Source: Nanobdellota archaeon (GTDB taxonomy: Archaea; Nanobdellota; Nanobdellia; Nanobdellales; Nanobdellaceae). Taken from it: DNA of 32,000 nt. Under the pieces are notes generated by a model. The model searched no databases and was not told where the DNA came from. It saw only the letters and a list, made by a program, of their open reading frames with translations. Below are positions 8,912 through 18,259 of the stretch, one piece after another. Positions within the stretch are counted from its first letter, which is position 1. Each line of letters opens with the position of its first letter. A program made the position numbers and the translations under genes. Where the stretch lies: positions 690,001 to 722,000 of the forward strand of contig AP031373.1 of assembly GCA_042850255.1 (NCBI GenBank), read 5' to 3'.

Positions 8912-10066
8912 TTACTTTGATGTATTTTTTATTTTATTTTTATAACATTTTTTACAAAATATTTCTCTATTATATTCATGCATATGTTTCTTGCATATTA
9001 ATCTAGCACAATCTTCACAAATTGCAACAGGTTTTTTCTTAAATAAATGAAAAAAAAGAACAATAAGAAAAACCATCCTCTATTATCTGCATATTATGTC
9101 CAAATATCATTCTTTTATATTGAACATTTTTATATGAATATACTACAACAATTATTGGAACTTTAATAAGATAAAATTCTAAGTTAATATCTTTTCTTGT
9201 AGGAGAAATTATTATTGCATCTTCTTCATCTCTTCTTTTTCTATATCTTAATTCTGTAGTATATTTATATGATAGGATCTCTTTTATTTTTTCAAATAAA
9301 GATTCTCTGTTACAATATTCATATTTTTTATGATCTATTACTTCTAAATTTTCAGATAACGGAATAAATATATCTTTAGAAACTATATCATTTATAGATT
9401 TTATTATTATGTTCTTTTCGCTTAATATTGAACCGTCTAAAGCATTTATCCATAATACTCCAGTACCAGAAATACTTCCTCTACTTCTATCTGGTAAGCG
9501 TATTTTTTTATATATGTAGTATCTTACTCTCCATATAGGAATAAATTCTATTCTAATATACTCTATTGACAATTTATTAGCATTTTTTAGATTTAATTTT
9601 ACTAGATCATTAATATCGGAGTATAAAGGTAGGCTATTTCTTATAATCATACCTTTTTCTTTAGCTTGTTTTCCTATTTTAACCTCAAAATATTTTTCCA
9701 TTAATTTTCTTTTATCCCATAATATTATATTATAATCTTTTGCTATAGCTTCTGCATCAATGGTAAAACCAGAAGTAGAGACAAATAAAAGTTTCTTTAT
9801 AGGATATTTATCAAATTCTTTTGAACATTGTTCAACTTCTTTATAAAGGATTCTATTTCTTTTTTACTCACTTTATTTTCCCAATTCTTACACTCTATTA
9901 TGTATATAATATCTTTTTTGTGAGCTAATATATCAAATTCATTTCTTTCACCGCTTTTACCTATTATTATTTCGTTTCTTTCAACAGAAAATCCTTCTTT
10001 TAAAAATATTTCTGAAACTAAATCTTCTAGTTCACTTCCAATAAATTTTTTATCAGAATTTATCAT
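8912..10066 (-). pseudogene. Mrr-like (PD-(D/E)xK) restriction-endonuclease-domain protein with a C-terminal CxxC...CxxC zinc ribbon, split into three frames
   Basis: Fragment 1 (9797-10066) reads ...NEFDILAHKKDIIYIIECKNWENKVSKKEIESFIKKL, carrying the D...ExK core. The rest of the domain (KEFDKYPIKKLLFVSTSGFTIDAEAIAKDYNIILWDKRKL) continues in another frame that is open from 9863 and runs into the 9039-9701 ORF. A third frame, open from 9079, encodes ...KKKPVAICEDCARLICKKHMHEYNREIFCKKCYKNKIKNTSK* and ends at 8912. The frame switches coincide with a T4 run (9819-9822) and an A8 run (9050-9057). Confidence 0.6.
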
Positions 10067-10151
10067 AATTTATTTATTTTATAAAAGATATAAAAATAAC
10101 TTATACGTTATCTTATATTTCTGTATTATCATTTGATATCTAAAGGAATTT

Positions 10152-11435
10152 TCAATAAACTATTTCTTGTACATCAGATTTAGAAAGAATATGTAGGTTA
10201 TTCGATTGATCTAGAAATACTACACTATCTCTGTTTTGCAATAAAAGTATTACGTTGTTATATGTAATGCTATCTTTTGTTCTTATATAGTATGCTCTAA
10301 AAGGAATTATTAATAACTTATCGTATAAAGTTACGATATCTAATATAATTTGAATTGATAAAAAGTCTAAAGAGAATTGAACTATGAAAGGTAGATTTAA
10401 ATAACTAGATACGAAAATTATAAATATAGGTAAAATGGCTAAAAAATTTCGAACATCATACGACATTTTATAAATCAAATAGAAATTTATAATTTTAGTA
10501 TTTATATAATTAATAAAAGTTTCTGCATTATTTATTTCTATATATCTTTTTAAAGAGATAGTAATTTTTTCAGCTATTATGCCAAATATAATAAGAATAA
10601 GTATCAAAATTATCAAAATTGATATAAAGATAATAGTTGAATATATTCTTATACTAATAATAAAAATAACAGTAATAGCAAATATAATAGTTAAAAAGTT
10701 AGAATTCATAAAAATATTTCTTAAATTCGTGATCCATCTATTAGATTCTGTTGTTAAGTGCATAAGATTTGAAAAAATTATAATTATAAAATCAGGATTT
10801 GTGTTTATAATTTTCTGCTTTGATAATATTCCTGTAAATACTAAAGAATTATAATAATTAGATATTATATTGCTATGAAAATTTAAGGCAATATTAAATA
10901 ATGTTCCTATTAGAAAAATAAAAATATAAAAAGTAAATATTGCTAACAGACTCAGCCATTTAAAAATAATAAACAAATACAGAAATACTATAAGAAGTAA
11001 AATGTTATTTATAAAAATGTTGTATGTAGAATGTTCTAATATCGAGAAAGGAGTTAGAATTTTTAAAATTTTATTATTTTCAGAATCTATTAGATTATTA
11101 TTATTTATAGAAGTGTGTATTAAATTATTTTTTGTTTTTATATAATCTAATAGATGATGTTTGTTGTATAAAGTATATACTTTATACCCATACCAAGCTA
11201 CTAATATGAATATAACTTTATTTTGAAAGATAAAATTATAAAAAGCATTGATTATTTTTCCTAAATTAAAAAAGATAGTGGAAGATAAAAATAAGTAAGA
11301 TAGAACAAATATTATAATAAGAAAAAGCACTATCATATTATAAAAAGTCAAAATTAGGAGATAAGTACTATAATCTATAAATAGAATATCTGGAACAATA
11401 TCTATATTTATACGTTTTCTTTGAGAACTAATCAT
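10152..11435 (-). CDS. large polytopic membrane protein (427 aa) with a short soluble C-terminal tail
   Basis: ATG ORF with many I/L/F-rich hydrophobic stretches. The antisense ORF 10579-10854 is a shadow. Confidence 0.6.
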   Translation of the reverse strand: MISSQRKRINIDIVPDILFIDYSTYLLILTFYNMIVLFLIIIFVLSYLFLSSTIFFNLGKIINAFYNFIFQNKVIFILVAWYGYKVYTLYNKHHLLDYIKTKNNLIHTSINNNNLIDSENNKILKILTPFSILEHSTYNIFINNILLLIVFLYLFIIFKWLSLLAIFTFYIFIFLIGTLFNIALNFHSNIISNYYNSLVFTGILSKQKIINTNPDFIIIIFSNLMHLTTESNRWITNLRNIFMNSNFLTIIFAITVIFIISIRIYSTIIFISILIILILILIIFGIIAEKITISLKRYIEINNAETFINYINTKIINFYLIYKMSYDVRNFLAILPIFIIFVSSYLNLPFIVQFSLDFLSIQIILDIVTLYDKLLIIPFRAYYIRTKDSITYNNVILLLQNRDSVVFLDQSNNLHILSKSDVQEIVY

Positions 11436-11460
11436 TTTTATAAATTGTTATATTATAAAC

Positions 11461-11466
11461 TTATAA
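11461..11466. promoter_or_regulatory. central TTATAA in a 55-nt divergent spacer (candidate shared TATA box)
   Basis: The hexamer lies 25-26 nt from both divergent ATGs (11435 on the - strand, 11491 on the + strand). Three further TTATAA hexamers occur in the same spacer, so the assignment is ambiguous. Confidence 0.3.
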
Positions 11467-11490
11467 ATTCTTTAAAAAATTTATAATTTT

Positions 11491-12018
11491 ATGAAAATCT
11501 TCAATCTTAGCTTTATTAATAAGAATAAAAAAGATAAGGAAAGATTAAATAAGTTAAGAGTACTTCTTTCTGCACTATATGATACAGGATATACTAAAAT
11601 TAGAAAAACATTATTTATGAAATTGATATTTTTAATAGATTATTATTTGGATGAAAAACTATCTAGGGAACCCAAAGTATTCGGTTATAATTTTTATATA
11701 TATAAGTATGGAGTTTTTACATCAAAAGTATTGATAGATCTGGAAAATCTAAATATATCCTATGAAAAAAACAAAGATGGAGTATATATAAAAATACCAG
11801 TTCCATCTTATGATGATAGAAAGTTAATAGAAGAGTACATAGAGCTGTACAATAAATTTAAAAAAATAATAGAAAAATATGTAAAACCATTTGAAGAAGA
11901 TCCAGATGGATTATCAAATTATATTCTAGAAAAATTATTAGGAGTACGTCCGGGACAGAAGATATTTTATTATTATACTAATGTAGAAGAACTTATTGAA
12001 GAAAATCATATCAGCTAA
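11491..12018 (+). CDS. Panacea / DUF4065 (SocA/GepA-like) domain protein, putative antitoxin-type protein
   Basis: 175 aa. IRKTLFMKLIFLIDYYLDEKLSREPKVFGYNFYIYKYGVFTSKVLIDL resembles the DUF4065 core (t.lKLqKLLYfa....l...g.plf...f.aw.yGPv...vy). Match is by eye only. Confidence 0.4.
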   Translation: MKIFNLSFINKNKKDKERLNKLRVLLSALYDTGYTKIRKTLFMKLIFLIDYYLDEKLSREPKVFGYNFYIYKYGVFTSKVLIDLENLNISYEKNKDGVYIKIPVPSYDDRKLIEEYIELYNKFKKIIEKYVKPFEEDPDGLSNYILEKLLGVRPGQKIFYYYTNVEELIEENHIS

Positions 12019-12967
12019 AAATTTCCTTAAGATATTCAACAAACTTCTTTTGATTCTCTTTTATATATTTTTCCATAATTTTCTTATCTAGTTTATTGTC
12101 ATACATTATATAAAATGGTAATACTATAGTTTTTGATTCTATTTGAACTCTACTAGTTAAATACTCAATATTATATTTTATAGTATTTAAAATTTTCTTA
12201 TAATCATCCTTACTAAGTTTATTTTTATTTTGTTTTATTTCTTCTTCTACATCTTTAATCTTCTTTATAACTAAACCATATACTCTTTTAGGGTTAAAAA
12301 AAGTTGGCAGAATATTTTCAAATAATCCTGAAAAATAAGATATTATGTCGTCAGTATTAGACTTAGAAATCCCTACTTGAATAACAAGAAACCAATAATC
12401 TGCTTTTAATTTTTCTATATCTTTTCTTCTTTTTAAAATTTTTAATATTTTCTTATCTAAATTACTTCCAGAGATTCCTGTAATTCTAGATAATTCTATA
12501 GCTACTCTTTTAGGAGGAGCATCAATAATAAAATCTGGTATTACTATTTTTCCTTTTATATTCTCTTTTGCTAGATATATCTTAATATCTTCTTCTTCAT
12601 AAATTTCTATATTCCCATTTGGAAAGAAATTTAAAAATTCTTTTATATTATAATTAATGTCTTTTTGAAAGAAGATAGTAGAAAATAATTTTCTATTTGC
12701 ATAATCATTAGAAAAATTTATGATTTTTTTAATTATATGTTTATGATCGGCATTAATTTTTTCTTCTACTTTTAGATTTTCCAGAATATCTTTAATAAGC
12801 TTGTTGATAGTATCTTCATATTTTTTTATTATTTCTTCTTCAGTACCCTTAGTTAAAATAGTAGCATGATAAATAGTAATTAAAGAGGTAATGTCTCTTT
12901 TCGACATTAATTCTAACAGTATTCTATCTAATATCTCTCTGTCACTATAACCATCATCACTAATCAT
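12011..12967 (-). CDS. hypothetical protein with a possible Uma2/PD-(D/E)xK nuclease-fold core (318 aa)
   Basis: IYEEEDIKIY...GKIVIPDFIIDAPPKRVAIELSRITG...KADYWFLVIQ fits the E...PD...(E)x(S/K)...YW pattern of Uma2 (DUF820)-type endonuclease folds. Its 3' end overlaps the convergent DUF4065-like gene by 8 nt. Confidence 0.35.
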   Translation of the reverse strand: MISDDGYSDREILDRILLELMSKRDITSLITIYHATILTKGTEEEIIKKYEDTINKLIKDILENLKVEEKINADHKHIIKKIINFSNDYANRKLFSTIFFQKDINYNIKEFLNFFPNGNIEIYEEEDIKIYLAKENIKGKIVIPDFIIDAPPKRVAIELSRITGISGSNLDKKILKILKRRKDIEKLKADYWFLVIQVGISKSNTDDIISYFSGLFENILPTFFNPKRVYGLVIKKIKDVEEEIKQNKNKLSKDDYKKILNTIKYNIEYLTSRVQIESKTIVLPFYIMYDNKLDKKIMEKYIKENQKKFVEYLKEIFS

Positions 12968-13052
12968 ATCCTTAGAGAAATCAATTTCATATTTATATTT
13001 TTTGGCATTACCTAGATGTTTATTATAACATTACTAGTAGTTACATAATTGT

Positions 13053-13151
13053 AAAAATATTTAGATATTTTTAATAAAGATTAAGTATGCCCGATACATT
13101 TGAAAAATTTACATCTTTGAGATATATTGGAATGAGGAGTATATTTTATAT
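13053..13151 (+). repeat. copy 2 of the 99-bp duplicated promoter + 5' coding segment (partner at 8045-8143)
   Basis: See copy 1. The two copies are colinear with no gaps, about 90% identical by hand count. Confidence 0.8.
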
Positions 13152-13609
13152 AATCTATTATTCTTTTAGTCTCATCGATAGGTCCTTATGGTATATTTTT
13201 ACTAGTTTTTGGAAATATAAACTACATAAATTCATATTTAAGTAACGAAAATATACTATCTAATATTTTTACTATATTAAGCAAAAATTTAACTTTTGTA
13301 AATTTATATATTGATTTATTAGGAAATATATTGTTAAATTTCTTTCTTATACTATATATATCTTTTATAATACCTTTCTATATTGCAAACCACAAAAATT
13401 TTGACAAAAAACTTGTCAACAAGCTCGATTTACTTATGATTATATTGTTGATTATTATAGTTATTCTAATTTATAATTATTTTAATTTTTATATAATTTT
13501 TGGTATTGTATGTTCAATTATTATCTTTTTTATTCTTATATATAAATATGGACACCAGGCATTCGAAAACGAGAAATTTAGATTATGTATATTTAAATAT
13601 ATATTATAG
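13087..13609 (+). pseudogene. frameshifted, shorter paralog of the membrane protein at 8079-8909
   Basis: The ATG at 13087 gives MPDTFEKFTSLRYIGMRSIFYII..., which then drifts to a stop at 13243-13245. Similarity to the paralog (IISIGAYYD versus VSSIGPYGI) resumes in the +1 frame, which is open from 13154 and contains the track ORF 13331-13609 (TTG start). The frame switch lies between about 13155 and 13169. Confidence 0.55.
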
Positions 13610-13611
13610 TT

Positions 13612-14327
13612 TTATTTAAAGGTATTATATTCTTCATCAATATCTTTCTTTATATCTTCCGGTAATTTATTATATTCTTTCAATATTTCTTTTTTAATAT
13701 CTTTTGGTAAACCTACATAGAAATTTCTAAAAATCATCATAAATCCATACATTTTAAGATAATCAATTTTTAATGATTTATTTTCTTCCAAAATAGATTT
13801 ATACAAAAATCTATAATAATCTGCTAAATCTTTGATAACAAATGATATTATATCATATGAAGAATTTTTATTCCTAATTTTATTATTATTAAAATTTTTT
13901 GCAAATTTTTCTTCAAGATACGTTTTTATTTCTGGATTAATATTATCAAATATTAAGTATAAAGCATAAGCTTTTCTTCTACAATCATTAGCTACATATA
14001 AGGCATCTGTTAGATCTAAAATTTTAATATTGAGTCCTTGTTCATATGAATATAAAATGCCAAGTTGTATAATCGTGGTAGAAAACATATTCATAGATAA
14101 TAAATTTTGTATACTGATTGGTCCTTCATATATATTTTGATATAAATTTTTTATTTCATAAAAATAATTTTTATTTTTTCATCATTTATAATTTTCTCTA
14201 ATTCTGATAAATTAGATTTTAATCTTTTTGAATCTGATTTCTTCAAATCTAATAATGTTTCATTAAGTTTTCTATCTATTTCATACCAAAATTTATTAAT
14301 ATCATCCTTATTATAGTTGTTACTCAT
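13612..14327 (-). pseudogene. family-B paralog B3, split by a frameshift (fragments 14151-14327 and 13612-14178)
   Basis: A 58-aa ORF from the ATG at 14327 (MSNNYNKDDINKFWYEIDRKL...SELEKIINDEKIKIIFMK*) overlaps the upstream-open frame of ORF 13612-14094. The joined length of about 235 aa equals that of B1 and B2. Family motifs: ANDCRRKAYALYLIF (compare IDMARRSALSLYLVY and ADLIRRCSFLLEKTY) and IKTYLEE (compare AKTYLNN and YKEKLNN). The shift window 14151-14178 is made of A5/A5/T5 runs. Confidence 0.55.
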
Positions 14328-14397
14328 TAATAATTAATACGTAATATATTTTATAAACACTTATTTATATAAGTAAAATTAAAATAAATGAAGAATT

Positions 14398-14988
14398 TTA
14401 AGTTATATTTATTATTTTTTCTACATAGCTTTTAACATTATTATTTCTTTTAGGGAATATTATTGCTGTAGGATAAAATTCTTTTTCATTAATTATCTCT
14501 GAATCTATATAATTATTTTTATATGTTAAAATTCCAAAAATTGGTCTATAACTTTTCGGCAATAAATAATAAAAACCTATAGTTTTTAATAAAAGATTAT
14601 TTAATTCATCATAGTTTTCTTTTATCCCATTACCTTTATTATCTACTTTAAATAAAATATAATTATCTAAATTATCTATATTTTTATTTTTAGAGATTAA
14701 ATAAAATATTTTTAATTCTAAATTATTATAATTTCCTATAAGAACTCCATATAATTGATAATCTTTAGTTTCCAATACCATTTCTTTTAAATTTATATAT
14801 CTTTTTCCATCCATTCTAAAGGAAGGAATTTTTATATAATCTGAAGGAACTTTTAGTTGTTTACTCTGATCATTAGAATAAATAATATAATAATTATTAA
14901 TAGAAGAAATATCTTTTTTCAATGATGATATTTTAAAAATTTTTGCTTCATATCTATTTCCTCCATAAAACGATTCATATACCTCCAT
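14398..14988 (-). CDS. hypothetical protein (196 aa)
   Basis: ATG ORF, co-directional member of the 13.6-23.7 kb cluster. No motif recognised. Confidence 0.55.
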   Translation of the reverse strand: MEVYESFYGGNRYEAKIFKISSLKKDISSINNYYIIYSNDQSKQLKVPSDYIKIPSFRMDGKRYINLKEMVLETKDYQLYGVLIGNYNNLELKIFYLISKNKNIDNLDNYILFKVDNKGNGIKENYDELNNLLLKTIGFYYLLPKSYRPIFGILTYKNNYIDSEIINEKEFYPTAIIFPKRNNNVKSYVEKIINIT

Positions 14989-15060
14989 AAAAATATAAAC
15001 ATTCTAAAATTATATATAACTTTCTTCAATTTACCATCTATCTTTAAATATTTTGAAAAC

Positions 15061-15939
15061 CTATATATATCTGTATACCATAAAATTATCGCTTTTATTT
15101 AGTATCTCCGTTACCTTTTCTTTTATTCTACTATATAGGTAAATTAGGGAGAAGGACAGATGATCAAATGATTCATATAGATTATTTAATATATTTTTCA
15201 TATCTTCTTTATTATAATGATTAAATAGACAATTTTTAATATATAAATTTTCAATTTTAAAATTATATTCTAACATACTATATTTTAATTTATCATATTC
15301 CTGATCATTATCTTCTAAATTATTATTGCTCGATTGATTACTATCTATAGAAAGAGCTACCTCAGAAAATATTAATCTAAAAGTAAATAACAGGTGATAT
15401 AAATTTTTATATGCATATTGGATTTTTATTATATAACCATTTTTATTATTATAATTATTATAACTAAGCAAAATTTCCTTATTATTTACTATTATTCTTA
15501 AATTATCTTCTATTATTTTTTTATAATTTTCTATTACTTTATCTCCCGAAAAATTATAGTCCAATAGTTTAAAATATATATAATCAAATATCATATTTTC
15601 AAATATTCCATTTAATTTATTTAAATGATTATAAAATTCCTCAATCTCTTTATCATCAATAAAATAGAATATATTTTGATTATTTATATATTTAGACAAA
15701 TATTCATTATATAAATAATTTATTGCTCCTCCAACAAGCTGTATATTTATTAAATAATCTAGTCTATCATTACATACTACATTTTTTAATTTTTGAATAT
15801 TTTTTACATATTCTTCTAAAGATTTTAAATTTATATTTAAATTATCTAAAAGATTTCTGAGAAATTGTGGATCTTCTTTTATACTTTTAGTTTGAAAGAA
15901 ATAATCTTGATAATCTGAGTAATTTTCGTTATTACTCAT
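15061..15939 (-). CDS. hypothetical helical protein (292 aa), possibly distantly related to family B
   Basis: ATG ORF. The C-terminal FDHLSFSLIYLYSRIKEK resembles the B2 segment EDALLYLFMVYSNIKNDK. This similarity is weak. Confidence 0.55.
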   Translation of the reverse strand: MSNNENYSDYQDYFFQTKSIKEDPQFLRNLLDNLNINLKSLEEYVKNIQKLKNVVCNDRLDYLINIQLVGGAINYLYNEYLSKYINNQNIFYFIDDKEIEEFYNHLNKLNGIFENMIFDYIYFKLLDYNFSGDKVIENYKKIIEDNLRIIVNNKEILLSYNNYNNKNGYIIKIQYAYKNLYHLLFTFRLIFSEVALSIDSNQSSNNNLEDNDQEYDKLKYSMLEYNFKIENLYIKNCLFNHYNKEDMKNILNNLYESFDHLSFSLIYLYSRIKEKVTEILNKSDNFMVYRYI

Positions 15940-15987
15940 CTATAACATATAGTAAAATAAAAGGTTTTAAATATTATAGAAGTTATG

Positions 15988-16665
15988 CTACAAATTTCTA
16001 GAAAAAATATCGTTTAGGTATTTCTTTCCTTTTCTATTTAGATATCCAATAACCAAGTATATAGCATCCTGACCAACTATATTTAAATTATTATCATCAA
16101 TTTTATAACTACTAGTATTGATAAAAATTACTGGGAATGAATTATATTTTTCTTTCTTTATTTCATTTGAAATATTTATAATTTCTTTAATATAATTTTC
16201 ATTTCCTCCAATAATATTTAAATATCCTAAATTTTTATTATAACCCAAATTGTCTTTTAATAATATTATTGGTTTATAGTTTTCTATTTTATTTTCTAAA
16301 TTGTATCTGGATATATCAGTATTTGGAATAATATATAAAATTGGTTTACTATTTTCTTTAACCATATACAAATTTTTTCCATGTTTCTCAGATATATTAT
16401 ATATTTTTCCTATATTATATAATATAGCGTCTAAATCTGTTGCTTCAGAAACATATATTAATTTATTTTTCCTCTTTTCTAAATATCCTCCTATTTTATC
16501 TATAAGATATGCAGTAGAAAGGATAATCGAATATAATATTGTTGTATATTCTAATGCTTTTAATGGATTTTTACCATTTTCTATATCTATATATGTAATC
16601 AAATATAATAATGCATATCCAGAAATTATTCCAGTAGCAACCGATAACTTTACTTTACTTACCAT
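15988..16665 (-). CDS. membrane-anchored protein (two N-terminal TM helices plus a soluble domain, 225 aa)
   Basis: Hydrophobic segments VATGIISGYALLYLITYI and ILYSIILSTAYLIDKIGG are followed by a polar domain. The antisense ORF 16301-16669 is a shadow. Confidence 0.6.
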   Translation of the reverse strand: MVSKVKLSVATGIISGYALLYLITYIDIENGKNPLKALEYTTILYSIILSTAYLIDKIGGYLEKRKNKLIYVSEATDLDAILYNIGKIYNISEKHGKNLYMVKENSKPILYIIPNTDISRYNLENKIENYKPIILLKDNLGYNKNLGYLNIIGGNENYIKEIINISNEIKKEKYNSFPVIFINTSSYKIDDNNLNIVGQDAIYLVIGYLNRKGKKYLNDIFSRNL

Positions 16666-16729
16666 ATAATAGTAGTAATAAAATAAATTTTAATAAAGTT
16701 TGTTAATTAAAAAATATCTAAATAAAAAA

Positions 16730-17143
16730 TTATTCTTTATCTAGTTTCCACAATAGTGCAGTTACTATTATCAATATTAATCCTAATGCAAAGTCTAATT
16801 CTATTAATGGTATGAAGAATGGCAATGGTACTCCTATCAATGGTGCAGGTCCTACTCTACTTTCTATTAATAATAAGAAGTTTATTACATAGAATATTAA
16901 TGTTGGTAGATACCAATTTCTCTTTCCTAACATATATACTACTACGCTAGCTGTTGCTAATGATGATATGAAACCAAAATATAATCTATATACTTCTGTT
17001 GCTAATGCATTATTTGGTACTGTAAATATTGATGATGCTACTATATGTATTCCCGTCCATAATGCTGCTGCTAATAAACCTATCCATCTCAATATTGTTA
17101 CTCCCATATTTTTGCTTGAATGAGTAGTACTTTCTTCTGCCAT
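16730..17143 (-). CDS. small 4-TM membrane protein, paralog of 25072-25506 (faint DoxX-like flavour)
   Basis: 137 aa. It shares these blocks with the paralog: LR(W/F)..L..AAL....H in TM1, G(K/L)R.WY.P, PLIG, and a C-terminal (W/L)K(L/Y)DK. Its G+C is higher than its neighbours. Confidence 0.7.
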   Translation of the reverse strand: MAEESTTHSSKNMGVTILRWIGLLAAALWTGIHIVASSIFTVPNNALATEVYRLYFGFISSLATASVVVYMLGKRNWYLPTLIFYVINFLLLIESRVGPAPLIGVPLPFFIPLIELDFALGLILIIVTALLWKLDKE

Positions 17144-17226
17144 ATAACTTTATTATAATTATAACTTAAAAATATAACTACTTTAGATTATTTACTACGA
17201 TATCGTAACTTATGAAATTTTTTAAA

Positions 17227-18195
17227 TCAAAATAGTCGCCAAATATTAGTAATAACTTCATAATAATCTGCTACTTTAAACTTTTTAGTTTCATTTATAT
17301 ATTCTAAATCTTCTTCTTTATCTTCATTATTAACATCATTAAATAGATCATTAGTATATCGATTGAATTCATCTACAGAATTTATTTTTTTGATTTCCTC
17401 TATCGAATTTTTTCCATATTCTTCATATAATAATTTTCCAAATATATTTCCAAAGATTAGAGATTTATAATAAATCATTTTATTTAAAATATTTACATAT
17501 TCATCCTTTTGTCTTTTTAATTCTAATATTTTATCAACTGGTAAATTTCTTATATTTTTAGATGAATTATAAGCTTCTATTATGTTTTTGCTATGGTTTA
17601 ATATTAACGAATTTAAATTATTAAGGTAAATTTTTGGTAATTGGGATATTTTAATGTTATATTCTTCCATTTTTCCATTTTTATATGTATTATAATAAAA
17701 TATAGCTGTAATTGCTTCAGATAATAGATTATTTAAGAACAATAAATCATCTATAAGGTCTCTTTTGTATATTTTTATATTTCTTGTATATGGAAATTTT
17801 TCATTCACAATATATTCAATAAATCTTCTTGAAATAGTCCATTCTAAAGGTTCATAAGTTATATTTTCTATTTTTCCATTTTTGTAATTTTTTATATTAT
17901 CCAAATATTTTATTGGATTATTTATTACTATAATAACTCTGTCATCTTTATATATAATATTTAATTTATTACTCTCATCATTAGAATACAATATCTGTAT
18001 ATGCTTATCTTCATTAAATTTCTCTTTAACTTTTTTAATTATTTCTCTACTCCTTTCTTCAGAATATTCTATAAATTTTATAAGTAATTCATTTATTTTT
18101 TCTTTATATAAATCTTTATATTGTTCATATTTATTATAATCATCCAATATACTATCTAATTCTCCTTTCTTATTAAATCTTATATTAAATACCAT
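17227..18195 (-). CDS. family-A paralog A4 (322 aa), unknown function
   Basis: It shares the architecture and motifs of A1-A3. DDRVIIVIN matches the strand motif (compare GNKIYIYLP, NNTLYLIPG, NNIIYIEE). FGKLLYEEYGKNSIEEIKK is close to A1 ISKKYYEKYGKNSINYIKN. Confidence 0.65.
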   Translation of the reverse strand: MVFNIRFNKKGELDSILDDYNKYEQYKDLYKEKINELLIKFIEYSEERSREIIKKVKEKFNEDKHIQILYSNDESNKLNIIYKDDRVIIVINNPIKYLDNIKNYKNGKIENITYEPLEWTISRRFIEYIVNEKFPYTRNIKIYKRDLIDDLLFLNNLLSEAITAIFYYNTYKNGKMEEYNIKISQLPKIYLNNLNSLILNHSKNIIEAYNSSKNIRNLPVDKILELKRQKDEYVNILNKMIYYKSLIFGNIFGKLLYEEYGKNSIEEIKKINSVDEFNRYTNDLFNDVNNEDKEEDLEYINETKKFKVADYYEVITNIWRLF

Positions 18196-18259
18196 AACTA
18201 AATATTATATTACATAGTTATATTTATATGTATAATCAAATAACAGTAGTAAATAATTT

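Noticed and set aside
8912-9076. Stand-alone 54-aa zinc-ribbon gene starting at ATG 9076 (MVFLIVLFFHLFKKKPVAICEDC...).
   Set aside because: It is possible. However, its first 12 codons overlap the end of ORF 9039-9701 and look like out-of-frame noise. An A8 run sits exactly at the junction, so I favour a frameshifted C-terminus of the upstream gene.
8045-13151. Interpreting the 99-bp repeats as terminal repeats of a transposon or IS.
   Set aside because: The repeats are direct and consist of a promoter plus the 5' end of paralogous genes. No transposase or integrase lies between them. Gene duplication is the simpler explanation, although repeat-mediated deletion remains possible.
16301-16669. 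122-aa ORF antisense to 15988-16665. The same applies to 5592-5804, 10579-10854, 20721-20918, 23780-23986, 26971-27237, 29045-29281 and 29851-30081.
   Set aside because: Same reasoning. Each is fully embedded opposite a longer ORF with a better start context and protein-like composition.
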